64,000 nt of DNA, taken from assembly GCA_002269645.1 (NCBI GenBank), contig NIVC01002593.1:1-64000 (forward strand). Direction: 5' to 3'. Positions 36,990 through 49,035 of the stretch are shown here, in pieces (the stretch's first letter is position 1; the number at the start of each line of letters is the position of its first letter). The notes beneath the pieces were generated by a model that was given only the letters and a program-made list of their open reading frames with translations, was not told the origin of the DNA and made no database searches. A program made the translations under genes and the position numbers. The stretch is from Macrostomum lignano. Lineage: Eukaryota.

Positions 36990-39900
36990 CACTACAACAT
37001 AGCTGCCAGGCCAGCCCATCTGACTAACTAAGTGATCTGACATCTGTTCCATTGATGGATGCTGCGTTATTGTGTAGGCTAGTTAAGTAAAAAGATTAGC
37101 CTGTTGTCAAAAGGCTTGCTAAAAGTAGCTTAGCTAAAAAAACAAATAGACCTAAACCAAATAGAAATACTACCAAGGATAGAGTATTAATGAATTGTCA
37201 TGATTTTTTGCATCGGGGCAGGGCCTAGTGCAAGTGCAACACAATAGTAAGAGGTCATGTCATAAATAGTCATACTAGTAAATAATGTTAAGGCTACATT
37301 TTTATTTTTTAGCTTATTGTGCAAGTTCTGACTAATGATATTAGACTTGTGGTTTAAAAATATTATTAGCTCTAAACTAGAGATTGGTTAGCCTAGGGTC
37401 TAGGCCCCTACTTGGTAATATAACTATGTAATCTAGCATTATACCAGGGTGTACTTTGTATATCAAGCATGCAGAACAAAAAAATTTGACCAAGAAAAGT
37501 ATATAAAACAGTAGATTTTTTTCTAGAAAAGTGCACATATTATTGGATTTAAATATTGCAATGATAATACTAGCAACAATATTAATTTACTAAAGCTCTT
37601 TTAGGAGTCAGGCCTTTGCATAACATTATATATTTTTTAATGAAGTTTTGTACATATAGGCTATGTATATAATTTTTTCTATACAGAATGCCTTTTTGTT
37701 TTTGGAATGAATTCTACTTGGGCATCATATCTTAATACTAAAAGTGGTGCGTTTAATATAATAAAAGTTATGTTGAAATTGTACAATAAGTTGAATATAT
37801 AGGCCCCTACAAAATTCTATGATCAATATTTTGTTATTTTACTTATATATGACCTTAAATTAAATTATATTGTTGCTTTTAGTTTTTAATTAAATCAAAT
37901 ATGCATATAATTTAAAACTTTTAATATTTACCTTTTAAAACAAAAATAGCCAATATTATTTTCTCTGAGTTCTACTTGTAATATGCTTGCTCTAAACAAT
38001 AAACATTCATTTATCAAACAATTTGGTTTTTTAAGTTAAATTTAAGGCTAGGATTTTGATTTTTAGTTTTAGGCTAGGATCCTACAAAAGGATTGGTTTT
38101 TGCATCAATAATTAAATATTATAAAATAAAATAAGAATATTTTATATATTCTAGTAAAGTCAACAACAAATAGAATATCTCTTTGCCCTATTAATAAAAA
38201 TATAAGTTAGTTTAGAAAACAAAAATAAATGATATTTAAAAAACACCTACATATGACCCTATATTGTTTTTTGGGGAAGATTCTTGCATGCAACAAGGTT
38301 ATAAGCAGTCTAATATTGCTTGCATAGTATGCATCAAGGAGTTGGCAAAGTTTTTTTGGTGTGTTCTATATAGGTAAGTGTTTTGGCAAAGCCCTAAATT
38401 GCAATGATTAAGCCTGTATAGAAATGTCTAGTTTTACTCACTGCTAGAAGCATATGACATTTTACATTTAGCCCTATTCCCTTTAATAGCCCTTAACCAA
38501 TAGGCTTGCATCTTTATTTCTTGTCTAATGAAATACACCTACACCAAAAACCAACCATACCCCTCTGAATTTGTAGGAGTAAGTGCCTTTAAATCTATGT
38601 TCCATAAACTTTTCTAAGCCTCTAACACTCCTAAAGTCTTACTATTCAATCTGAGAATAATATGCTTGCAACTGCTCAAGCACCTCTGCCTTTTGTTCAA
38701 GATGTAGTATATTCTATCCTATCCTAAATTCCCTCTTATTTATGAGCCACAATCCCATAACCCCTAAAAAACTCAACTCTTCAAATGCAAACTTCTTAGT
38801 CTTTAATCCTCTAATTCCTATTCATCCCTACTTCCCCCCCCCCATTTATGAGCCACAACACCAATATTTAACTCTTGACTTGTTCCAAATCTTTGCCCTA
38901 CATCAAAGGAACTATTTAGTCTGGATTGTCAACTTTCTAATTCTGATTTAAATAAAATATTGGTCAATTTGATCAAATTAAAATATTCCAAATATTTGTC
39001 TCATCTGAACACCTTAGTCCACTGGCTAATTGGCTAAGATATACATATATGTCAGTTGTAACATGTTGCACTATCTCATATTTGAGAATATTTGCTTGGC
39101 TTCTACTCGGTGGCACATGTTATTTGCATGCTTAGCTATGCTTGGACCTATCTTATTTGAGTCTATCATAGACTGCAAAGCTTCTTTTGAAAGCTATAAA
39201 TTTGTCAGAGGCTAAAAAGTTCTTTTATAAACCACTCTTTTCCTCTTTTCCTGCATTATAGCATTGTCAGGGGGTCTATCTAAAATTGTGACAGTTGGCC
39301 AATCATAAAAATTACATTTTCCAATACAAAGTCAGGGTTGGGGTTAAGGTTAATTATAAAAAATTGCCTTCCCAAACAAAAGATTTACATGGAAATTGCT
39401 AAGATGTCAGGGCTTGTGAGGGTATTGTTAGGCCCTAAGATTTCAAGGCTCATGGTGAAATTTCTGAGATTTCTAGACTCATAAAGAAAATTGCTAAAAT
39501 TCCATGGTTCAGGAAAATCAATAAAATGCCAAGGTTTCTGTGGGTATTGTTAAAATGATTTTTAATGATTTCAAACTCCTAGGGGTTGCTCAGATGTTGA
39601 AGACAAAACTCATAGAGGTTTTAAGCTTAAGCTTTCTTTAGATTGCTAGCTTATTGAGTGGATACTCTCTGTATTAAGCATTATTTTCCCTAAGAGTTTA
39701 ACAATACTGACTGTACAACTACAAGGTATACATGTGGGCAATGGTTGCCTCCTCAATATGGGGGCGCAGATTGCTAGTATCTATCTAAATATGTCAATGA
39801 CATGGCAACTTTCCACTATTCCCCCTGTTCTGCAGTGCATGGATTACTTTGATTTTGTTTCAGTTAATCAGGTTTTTTACTTTAAAAACCATATTTCAAA

Positions 39901-40005
39901 TACATGTAATAATGTCATCTTATTGTTTCTCTTGTGCTTTAAAGTTATCATGAGAAATTACAGGACTGAAATGTTAATTTTCATGCATGCCAAGCACTGA
40001 TCACC

Positions 40006-40129
40006 ATGAACGTAGCTAAACAGTTGGTTGCTGTTCTCACAGTGTCGCCTGCATCTGTAATTGCTGTGACAGCAACTTTTGGATTTATCTACTGGGACAC
40101 ATCTCGCACATATCAAGAGAGAAAAGCTG
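40006..40129 (+). CDS. Candidate microprotein exon (single hydrophobic segment)
   Basis: caccATG start, MNVAKQLVAVLTVSPASVIAVTATFGFIYWDTSRTYQERKA, g|gtgaga donor; possible terminal exon 40743-40795 gives ~58 aa. Confidence 0.4.
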
Positions 40130-40445
40130 GTGAGATTAATTTACTGTGTGCATTTTCATTTCCTGGCTAAATCTAAACTTTCTCATAATTGAGGTACTGT
40201 GAATTTTAGGTATTGTATTGAAATGGATGCTTTTTGGCCAAAAACACTTTTTTATTATGCCAAAACTTCACAGAACCAAACATTCACATCACCAAAAAGT
40301 TTTGAGCCTACATAATAATTCTCTAAATTTGAAGTGAAGTTTTGAATTGTGAAATGGTATGGTTCAAATTTTTTAAGAATTTAGCATAGTGAAGTGGCAT
40401 ACTAATTAGAGTTTGGGTGATGTGAAATTTAGGTCTATGAATCTT

Positions 40446-40618
40446 CATGCTTGGGCGCAACCTAGGGATTCACCCGGCCGTTTCTATTGGCAACACACAC
40501 ATGTAAGTCGCTATTGGACAGAATAGTAGTCACGTGACTGCTCTCAGCCAATAGCGACTTACATGTGTGTGTTGCCAATAGAAACGGCCGAGTGATTCCC
40601 AAGGTTGCTCATGTCATG
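40446..40618. mobile_element. 173-bp hairpin MITE, P/hAT type, 8-bp TSD TGAATCTT
   Basis: CAT...ATG ends, near-perfect self-complementarity, TSD at 40438-40445 and 40619-40626; central AGTCACGTGACT palindrome. Confidence 0.9.
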
Positions 40619-42337
40619 TGAATCTTACAGTGATCTTACAGTGAATTTTAGCTAGGCGTTGTGAAATTTAGGTCTTGTGAAAAGCACCCCTCGTATAAGC
40701 ATGCTCCTGTATCGCATCTTGCAATTCTCACCCTGCATTCAGAGGTAGGCGGCAGAGAGAAGATAAAGGTGGGCATCAGCTTACTTAGTAGCTGATTAGA
40801 TGCATTGTTAAATCAATTCCCAGCAAAAAACTTACAAAGCTGCATAATTGCCGAGCAGGTCATAATTTCATTCTAGAAATAGCCTGGAAATCTATTCTAC
40901 AACTTTTTGCTTCACGTCTGTCGTCTGAGAGCTCACAATAGCAATGGCTTTACTTTTATCTCATTTTTGTCCGTTTTGAACCACAGAATGTTCAATAATG
41001 ATTCTTGCTACAAAAAGAATTAAAATTCGCGCAACCTACTTATGTTGGAAATTTTCTCAGTAGTGCGAAAAATGTTTATAAAAATTTATGAAAACTATCA
41101 ATTTCTCCTTTGTTAGATATATGAGCTGGTTACGAGCTAATTGAAGAAAAAAGCGGAAGCATTTCATGGACCAGTCTTCTAGCAGTCAGTGTAGCAGAAA
41201 TAAACAAAAAATTAGGCTTAAAGAAAAATGAAAGCAAAAGCAAAAAACAATAAAAAGTTATAGTTTATTGTAAATTACTTTATACAATATTCACACGCTT
41301 TTTTTAGAGCTTTATTCTGTGGTCTTTGATCCATGGATCAGCAATTAATTCTTTAATTGCTGTATTAGAAATATTATTAGCCTTACCTGTCCCTACCGCC
41401 TGGGCCTGCTTTGCTATATTGCGTTTGAGTGTTACCTCTGCTGTACTGTTCTAGCTATCCCCAAGTACGCTATGCCCTATACGAGAGTTTTTATAAAGGC
41501 TCGTTCACATCGCCATTAATTGAGCTATCAAGTTACACTGACAGCTGGTTTATATTCAAAACGACACAAAATTATGTACAAACTGTGATCACCAAAATAA
41601 TGGTCTTTTTGATGGCTGTGAACGAACCTGAAGCGCTTAAATGATTAAGATTCCTTTTCTCTAATTATTTCAGAACTCGAAAGAACTGCCGAAAAAGCGC
41701 GGATAGCAAGGTAAATATGAAGCTCTTTTTGGCTTGATAAATTCTGTATTTAGTTTTTATTATTTCATCCATTAGGATTTGCTGCACTTGCTTTTCCAGA
41801 GAACTAGTGCGTCAAAACGAGGCTGCAAGTGCTGGCTCTACAAGTACCTAAATTATTGCACTTTATACAACAGACATTGTGTACAGAATTTGTCTGTTAA
41901 AAATAAGATGTATTTCAGCGATTTTGTTTTTCCTCAAAGTTTGTCAAAACGAAAAAGCAAAAAATTCAAGCTTATCGACTTTGTGTGTAATAAACGTACT
42001 ATCAACCTATGAATAAAATATATTCTACCATCGAATTATGCAAGATGGTTGATGAGTAAAAAAAACTCCCATAAGTGCAAGACACGAAAACCTTCAAATT
42101 CCAGTTGTTTCTATAAGGAAGGAACTGAAAACTGAAAACTTGCAAGGCGGGAAAATTAAGGACATGAAATCTGGCTGCTTCAAGTTCACCAGATGAGCTT
42201 CCTTTATGTTTAGCGCACATAAATTCACCTGTCGAAGGTCCAGAAGTGCATATACTTCTATGGCATGACTTTACTTTGTGTCAGTTTTTAAAAGCTGCAA
42301 CTTGTAGTCAGCAAGCAAGTCGCATAGTCGGGTATTA

Positions 42338-43352
42338 TACCTTTTAGCAATCTGCCAAAACTGCGATCAATTTGGCCAGGGATAGGAAATCTCTCCGCTT
42401 ACCCAGCTGAGCTGAAAGCCATAGAAATACTGCGACCAATTTGGCCTAAACTGCGATTAAGTTGGCCAACGCAATTTTATTGTATGTGGGTAGAATAAGA
42501 AAGAAGCGACATGTTCTGCTGTCCAAAGATTGATGCCAAATTCGTCCATGTACTGTAGATGGCTTAGGCTTCCGTCACCAAGCAGCCACTCTACGTTGCC
42601 TCCGTAATTTCGTTGTTCCAGTTCTGTGGCACCTCGGAGCAGTTTAATAGTGATAAATCTGCTATTTAGAGCTCGGCTGATGGTTGTCAGGTTCACATTT
42701 TGGGCAGCAGGGAATTCTTGCGCGAGGTGACCTTTCATCTGCTCTAGCGTGGCTGTTGGAATGTTGCCGACTAAGGTGCAGATGCTGTCGATCATGGCTT
42801 TGCTAAGGGACGAACGCCTGACACCTCGAGGCAGAGTGCCGATGCGCCAGCTGCTGCGAAAGTCTCAATATAGTGTTTGTAACTGTTTTCCGTGCGATTC
42901 CCAAGAGCCGGCCGAGAATTCGCCAGTCTTTTCCATTTTCAAAGGCGCTCACCAACCTCTGGCGATCCAGAGTCGAGATTTTCATGCATGGGCTTCTCTG
43001 AGCCATAGTCTGCGATTTCCGATTTCAGCTATGGTACATGTAGATGTGATCACCGATTAAAGGCCGAATTAAGGTTGCTGCTTAGAGAAATAGAGTGCAA
43101 TAAGAGCAGTACAGCCGGACACAAACGAAGTTATCTATGGCTCTAAGTTTAACTTGAAAGGCGTCGACTAGCGAATGCGATCGATCTGGCTGGGCCAACT
43201 TGATCGCAGTTTAGGCCAAATTGGTTGCAGTTTACACTGTCTATGGCTTTTAGCTCAGCTCAACTGGGTGAGCCAACTCGCGAAAGCGAAGGATTTCCTA
43301 TCCCTGGCCAAATTGATCGTGCAGTTTTGGCTAACTAGATTGCAGAAAGGTA
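42338..43352 (-). mobile_element. Internally deleted Tc1/IS630-like transposon
   Basis: ~130-bp TIRs starting TATACCTTT, TA flanks. HTH-like ISTLDRQRLVSAFENGKDW..LGRLLGIARKTV (42803-43006), ATLEQMKGHL...TTISRAL and first catalytic YMDEFGINLW (42457-42795); frameshifted. Confidence 0.85.
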
Positions 43353-44304
43353 TATTTTTACGAAATGCTTCCGTTTCTTCAATAACGAGTTTACTTCAAC
43401 TGGAGTCTTTATACTCGTAGAAGTAGAAAACGTTACAATGGCGACGAGTAAGATAGAGTTCCAATCGGAATTACTAACGGGAGGCCTACAAATTGAAGAG
43501 TGCCTCAACTGTTCTTCGTTGTTTCTAAAGTTCTGACAAGGCGCAGAAGAGAGTGAATCATCGAAACGATTGCTAGCAGCTTGATCTTCAGAACATCCTA
43601 TCGCCAAACAAACTTAAGGATGTGTCCTACATCTAGACAATCTACATGTACGATGACCAAAGTAAAAAAGATCGTTGAGGGAACATTTCAATTCTCACGC
43701 CTAAAGTTGTCGAGAGATTCAATTTTTACAGCGGATTAGTATCACAAAGGTGAATATGTGGCTTTCTTGCAAATCCACGAAGTTACAACACTATATGTAC
43801 ATGTACGCTCGTAGCTGCCACATTTCTGCGGCGCGTTTCTTCAAGAGGCAATACAAGCGACGAAACTGATTTTTCGTCGGCCTCCTAGGAATAACCTATT
43901 GCAACAGTGTCTTATTGGATCTGCAGTTTGAGAGCACTGGAAGCAGCCTCAAGGAGTTACCTGAAAAGGCACAGAATCCAAAGTGGATGCTTTCGCTGCA
44001 ACGCAAAAGATAACCGGGCAGATAATTTTTCTTACCGCAGCAAGACATGGCACAAGTGCGCGGTCGAGTGGGACAACATGCCAAGGACCACTGTAGTACT
44101 TCGTAGCTGTAACTGGACGCAAAACTCATTGTGAATTTCTTGGAAAAAATACACTGCGGAGACAGAAAAAAATCTTTTTTCATCAAAATCAATGAATGCA
44201 TTTGATCTGAGGCAGTGAAAATTACTATTTAACATGCACATGTTACTCTATTGTATTTGATATAGTTGGGCAGTGAAAGGAAGTTCGTTTTTATATTGCT
44301 TTAC

Positions 44305-44660
44305 TTTTATTTCATAAGCACAAGCAAAAGTTGTAAATACTTACAAGTGAATTATTTTTTAAATCAAGTATATTTGTAATAAAACTTGCATGCTGGTACT
44401 CTTAGTCTCAAGCAAGGCCTTGGCTTAAAATTGGTATCTTTCTGAAGACTGGGTCAACAATATGAAAAATGATATTGGTAAACTTTTAAATACATTTAAT
44501 TATTTAGACAGGTCTAGGAATAGCTACTAATATGCATTTAAATTCAATCTTACCTACCATAATGGTTTAAGAGTACCTGCATGGAACAATTTTAGTAGGA
44601 AAAGAACAAAAATTTCACTTGTAAGTATTTACAACTTTGGCTTGGGCTTATGAAATAAAA
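44305..44660. mobile_element. MITE with ~48-bp TIRs
   Basis: ttttatttcataagcacaagcaaaagttgtaaatacttacaagtgaa and its inverted copy at 44611-44660. Confidence 0.75.
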
Positions 44661-45293
44661 TTAAAAACAATACGAACATGAAACTCACTGCACAACTAAT
44701 CGTATATAAAATTATGACAGAGTAATATGTTGTGCATGGTAAATAAAAAGAAAATCGTCACCGTCCCAGATCCAATGCAATCATTGATTTTTTTATGAAA
44801 GAAATATTTTTTCCTATCTCCGCAGTCCATTTTATTAACGAAATTGGCCTCTCATTATTAACATTACACCTTTGAGTTTTACGTCCTATTATAACTACAG
44901 TATCAAGCAAGGTCTTGTACTGCACTTGGCCTACTTAATGCATTATTGAACTTTGAACTTAAACTTAATATTTCTTCGACAAAGTTTTAGAACTTCCTTT
45001 TCGAGGCAACCTCTTCCACAAGCAAAGTAACAAAATAAACTGAAATCCAAGGAACAATCAAAAGATCGAAATAGTTGGAAAATTTAGCAGAAATCATGAA
45101 AACTTGACGCTGTATTTCAGTTTAAGGATCTTAGCGATGACAAGTTGATACGTTCAAGCGATGCACATCGAAGTTATTGTTGAGCATGAACATTAGTCTA
45201 TTCATTCTCCCTGTGCAAACGCGTTTCGCTAAGCAACAGCAATCACATGCGATACATGCATGTGAAACATTTCAAATCAGCAAACTCTTTGTA

Positions 45294-46540
45294 CGAGGGG
45301 TGTCCGGAAAGTTCTAACACTTAATCCCAGAGCGAAAACAGTAGCAGCTGCAAGCACAGCTTTAGTGTCATTTTAAAGCGGGACATATCTTCCTTGCAAT
45401 GAATTCAGTCGAATTTATTTTGGTCATTTCATTAAAAATTTATGTATAAAAAACCAATTGCAATACCACTAATTGTCTTACAATAGACACTCAGTACAGT
45501 AGAGACTAATGCATGGTGAAGTACATAACTTAGTCGCAAACCTTGCGAAATTTTGATTAGTCAAGTGTTTTTTTATTTTTGTGATTATAAACAGCATCAT
45601 AAGTGTGCAATCGAAAGAAGCCGAAGGCACGGAATGTTTGAGTGCTGGGAAAAGTGTGTTGCTACAGGTTGAGACTATGTTGAGAAGGCTGCCTTAAACG
45701 TTGATGACGATGATAAATGATGTCTACTTTACACTGGACCTGCTCCGTGGGCCTCAGTGTAGAGTGTGTTAACCCCACCCCTCTCCCTTCGCCCACCTCT
45801 CCTCCGCCCCCCCTCCGCCGCGGGGTCGCTTCACAAGCTCGAAATTTCACAACCTCGAAAAGCACTTCCTTTCATTCACAAACCCGAAACTTCATAAGCT
45901 CGAAATTTCATATCCTCGAAAATTTTAGCAAGCGACTTCACAAGCTCGAAATTTCAAAACCTCGAAAACCATTCTAGCAGCCGACTTCACAAGCTCGAAA
46001 TTTCAAAACCTCGAAAACCATTCTAGCAGCCGACTTCACAAGCTCGAAATTTCATATTCTCGAAACTGTGGGTTAAGCTCAGACAGACAAACAGACAGAC
46101 AGACACTAAGACACTAAGATAGACAGTACATTTTCGAGGTTGTGAAATTTCGAGCTTGTGAAGTCGGCTGCTAAAATGGTTTTCGAGGATATGAAATTTC
46201 GAGCTTGTGAAGTCGGCTGCTAAAATGGTTTTCGAGGATATGAAATTTCGAGCTTGTGAAGTCGGCTGCTAAAATGGTTTTCGAGGATATGAAATTTCGA
46301 GCTTGTGAAGTTTGTGAAAGCAACCCTCCGCCGCGTGACGGGTTTTTTAAAACTTTTACTGTAAGACTATCAGTAACATTGCAATGGTTTTTCATACATA
46401 AATTTTGAATGAAATGACCAAAATACACGCGACTGAAATCATCGGAAAGAAGAGATGTGCCGCTTTAATATGACACCAAATTTGTGCTTGCAGCTATTAC
46501 TGTCAGATTAAAGGTTTCAGAACTTTCTGGACACCCCTCG
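45294..46540. mobile_element. Non-autonomous mariner element with ~170-bp TIRs and TA TSD
   Basis: TA|CGAGGGGTGTCCGGAAAGTTCT ... AGAACTTTCTGGACACCCCTCG|TA; inverted similarity continues to ~45462 / 46378. Confidence 0.88.
45823..46326. mobile_element. Mutator-like foldback MITE nested in the mariner element, 9-bp TSD TCCGCCGCG
   Basis: GGGTCGCTTCACAA / TTGTGAAAGCAACCC ends; arms of 49-bp tandem units; TSD at 45814-45822 and 46327-46335. Confidence 0.88.
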
Positions 46541-46672
46541 TATTTTGATTAGCTGTTTATCTTTAAATTCTCATTATTTGCCTTTTTGTCCTTAATTTTC
46601 AATGCCACAATTTTAAATTTTTTTTATTAACAATGCACACACATTGATAGTTTACGCGGACATCATGCCAAA

Positions 46673-46848
46673 CATGCTTGGGCGCAACCTTGGGATTCAC
46701 TCGGCCGCTTCTATTGGCAACACACACACATGTAAGTCGCTATTGGACGGAATAGTAGTCACGTGACTGCTCTCAGCCAATAGCGACTTACATGTGTGTG
46801 TGCTGCCAATAGAAACGGCCGGGTGACTCCCAAAGTTGCGCATGTATG
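46673..46848. mobile_element. Second copy of the hairpin MITE family at 40446
   Basis: Near-identical sequence; flanks atgccaaa / ctggcaaa (6/8 match, decayed TSD). Confidence 0.88.
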
Positions 46849-47003
46849 CTGGCAAAGAAAACTAAAATAGCACTCTTTCCTAAAATTTCAAGAGCCTTCG
46901 TACAGTGAGGCTGTTTTCGTGGGCGCAAGCGAAACATTTGCTAATAGTATACACAATACTTAGCTGACACTGGATATGCTAGCGGTAATACAGTCAACCG
47001 AGG

Positions 47004-49035
47004 TTACTTGTCACCGGAAAACATACCCCGTCTGATGACCGCATAGTCTGGCAAATCACCAGTCGGACCAACAGCGGCCAGGGCCGGGCAGCGATCATAC
47101 ACGTACTGGCCCACTACTTCAGCAAGCGACTCCGGAGTGACACGCATGATGCGCTCCTCCAGCTCGGCCAGCGGCACACGCCGGCCATAGCAGAGAACGT
47201 GCCGTCCGAGCTCTTCGCAGGCTGGCGTGGTGCCGTCCAGCTGCAGGTATAGGCTGGTCAGCAGTGCGTCACGAGTACAAGCCAGGTCGGCAGGCTCGAT
47301 GCCTCTGGCCAGGCGGCGCCAGTCAGCCTTTATTTAAAAATGGTGCTTTATTAGATAGTCGCACAAATGCAATAGCCACTAGATTCCCAACTGCATTAAC
47401 CTCCTAAATGCTAATTCGTTTTACAATACTCTTAACTTACATTTAGAGGAATCACTTACATATATTATATAAAATTAAAAAGCAGAAAAAACTAGACAGC
47501 AATCAGTGCAAATTACCTGAAAATCAGCCAGAAATCGACCAACTGATTCTTTATTGGCCACAGCGTGCATACCCCAAAGTGAGGTGTCGGTATAGCAGGT
47601 GAAAAAGCTCTGGTAGGAGAGAACACCGCCGCCATACGTATCCCGTGCTCGCTTTGCAAGCCTGGCAGCGGCGGAGCCACCGCTGCCGCTGCCTCCACCC
47701 TGCGCTCGATCCCATGAGCCAATGTAGGCTGAGGCCAGCATCAGCGGCACCGTGTCGGCACTACTCCAACCGGGACCTTCAACAGCTAATGCAACGTGAG
47801 CGAATGGCAGCTGATCATCAGGATCAAGAATGCTAGAGCCGCTGAAGCGAACTGGCGTCTGGTCCACTGCTCCTGGTGAAGCCTCTACAGCTGGCATACT
47901 GCCAAAGTGGCGCCGGCACAGGTCATTAAGTTCCGTATGGTCGATGGCCCCAGCCGCGGCCACCACCATGCGCTGGGGTCTGTAGTGGTCGGCAACATAT
48001 TGCTGAAGATCTTGCCGACGAAGAGATTTCACATTTTCTACCGGGCCGAGGATAGTGCGCGATAGAGGGGTACTCTGTGGGATGCATGGGTTAGAGAATA
48101 GTTTTAACCACTGCTATTTATTTATCACACAGGTAAAATTCTAAGATGGTTATGACAATCACTTTAATAGTTTCGATGTAGGGAGCTATGAGAAGCAGCA
48201 AGATTAGTGAGAGCTCAGCTATGATTTTTCAGTCCTATAGTGACACAGCAATATGGTTGACTTCGACTAAGTAGACTTCCGCTTGCACAATTTTGAAAAT
48301 GCCAAGAAAAAGCATATCAGATGCATTACCACATTCTTTTAAAAACTGGTTATATGAAACAACTGCAGAATCTGGAAAAAGGACACACCTGGTATGCCAC
48401 AGCGTGAAGATAGTCAAATACCACTTCCTGCAGATTAGTTTCGACTTCTTGCATCTCCCTCAAAATGACACCTCGCTCGCGCTCGATTTGGGCCTCCTCA
48501 AATGTAGAATTACGCAATATATCAGCCAGAATAGCCACAGCCCAAGGTAGATCTCGGCTAAAGCACTTCGCATAGTAAACTGTCATTTCGCGTGAAGTGT
48601 ATGCATTGAGATGTGCACCGCGGTTTTCAACGTCCAGCTCGATATCTTGCTGGGATCTACTGCGCGTGCCTTTGAATGCCATGTGCTCTAGGAAGTGCGC
48701 AGCTCCATTGGTGTAGTCCGTCTCAAATCTACTGCCAGCGTCAACCCATACGCCTACAGTACATGTTGGCGTGCCCCAGTTCTCAGATGCGACGCGCATT
48801 CCATTATCCAGTTGGCTAATACGGGCCTCGGGCACTTTTGCGATTGATGGCGACACACTTGCAGTGGCATACTGGCTGAATTGACGCACCTGGTGAAACA
48901 ATGGGAAAACCAGCTTTTATTTGATTGTGCTCACTTTTAGCTGCTTTAATGAGTATATGACAAATGGGGCTATTTTGGAAGACTACATATATAGACTACA
49001 GATTCGGGAATATATGTTACCTTGCTAGACGCCAT
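47004..49035 (-). CDS. PMPCB: Mitochondrial-processing peptidase beta subunit / complex III core 1 (M16), 465 aa, 4 coding exons
   Basis: Exons 49035-49021 (inferred, MASSK|gtaac), 48889-48389, 48074-47517, 47327-47004; all phase 0. Intact HFLEH zinc motif, [40 protein letters not shown]. Confidence 0.93.

Noticed and set aside
35794-37031. About ten ORFs with KQTSASK / FACRILLAE repeats
   Set aside because: Translations of the 14-bp foldback arrays in all frames; no coding signature.
43900-44134. Possible gag zinc knuckles (CFRC..., GQHAKDHC)
   Set aside because: CCHC spacing is broken and split across frames; no other retroelement domains nearby.
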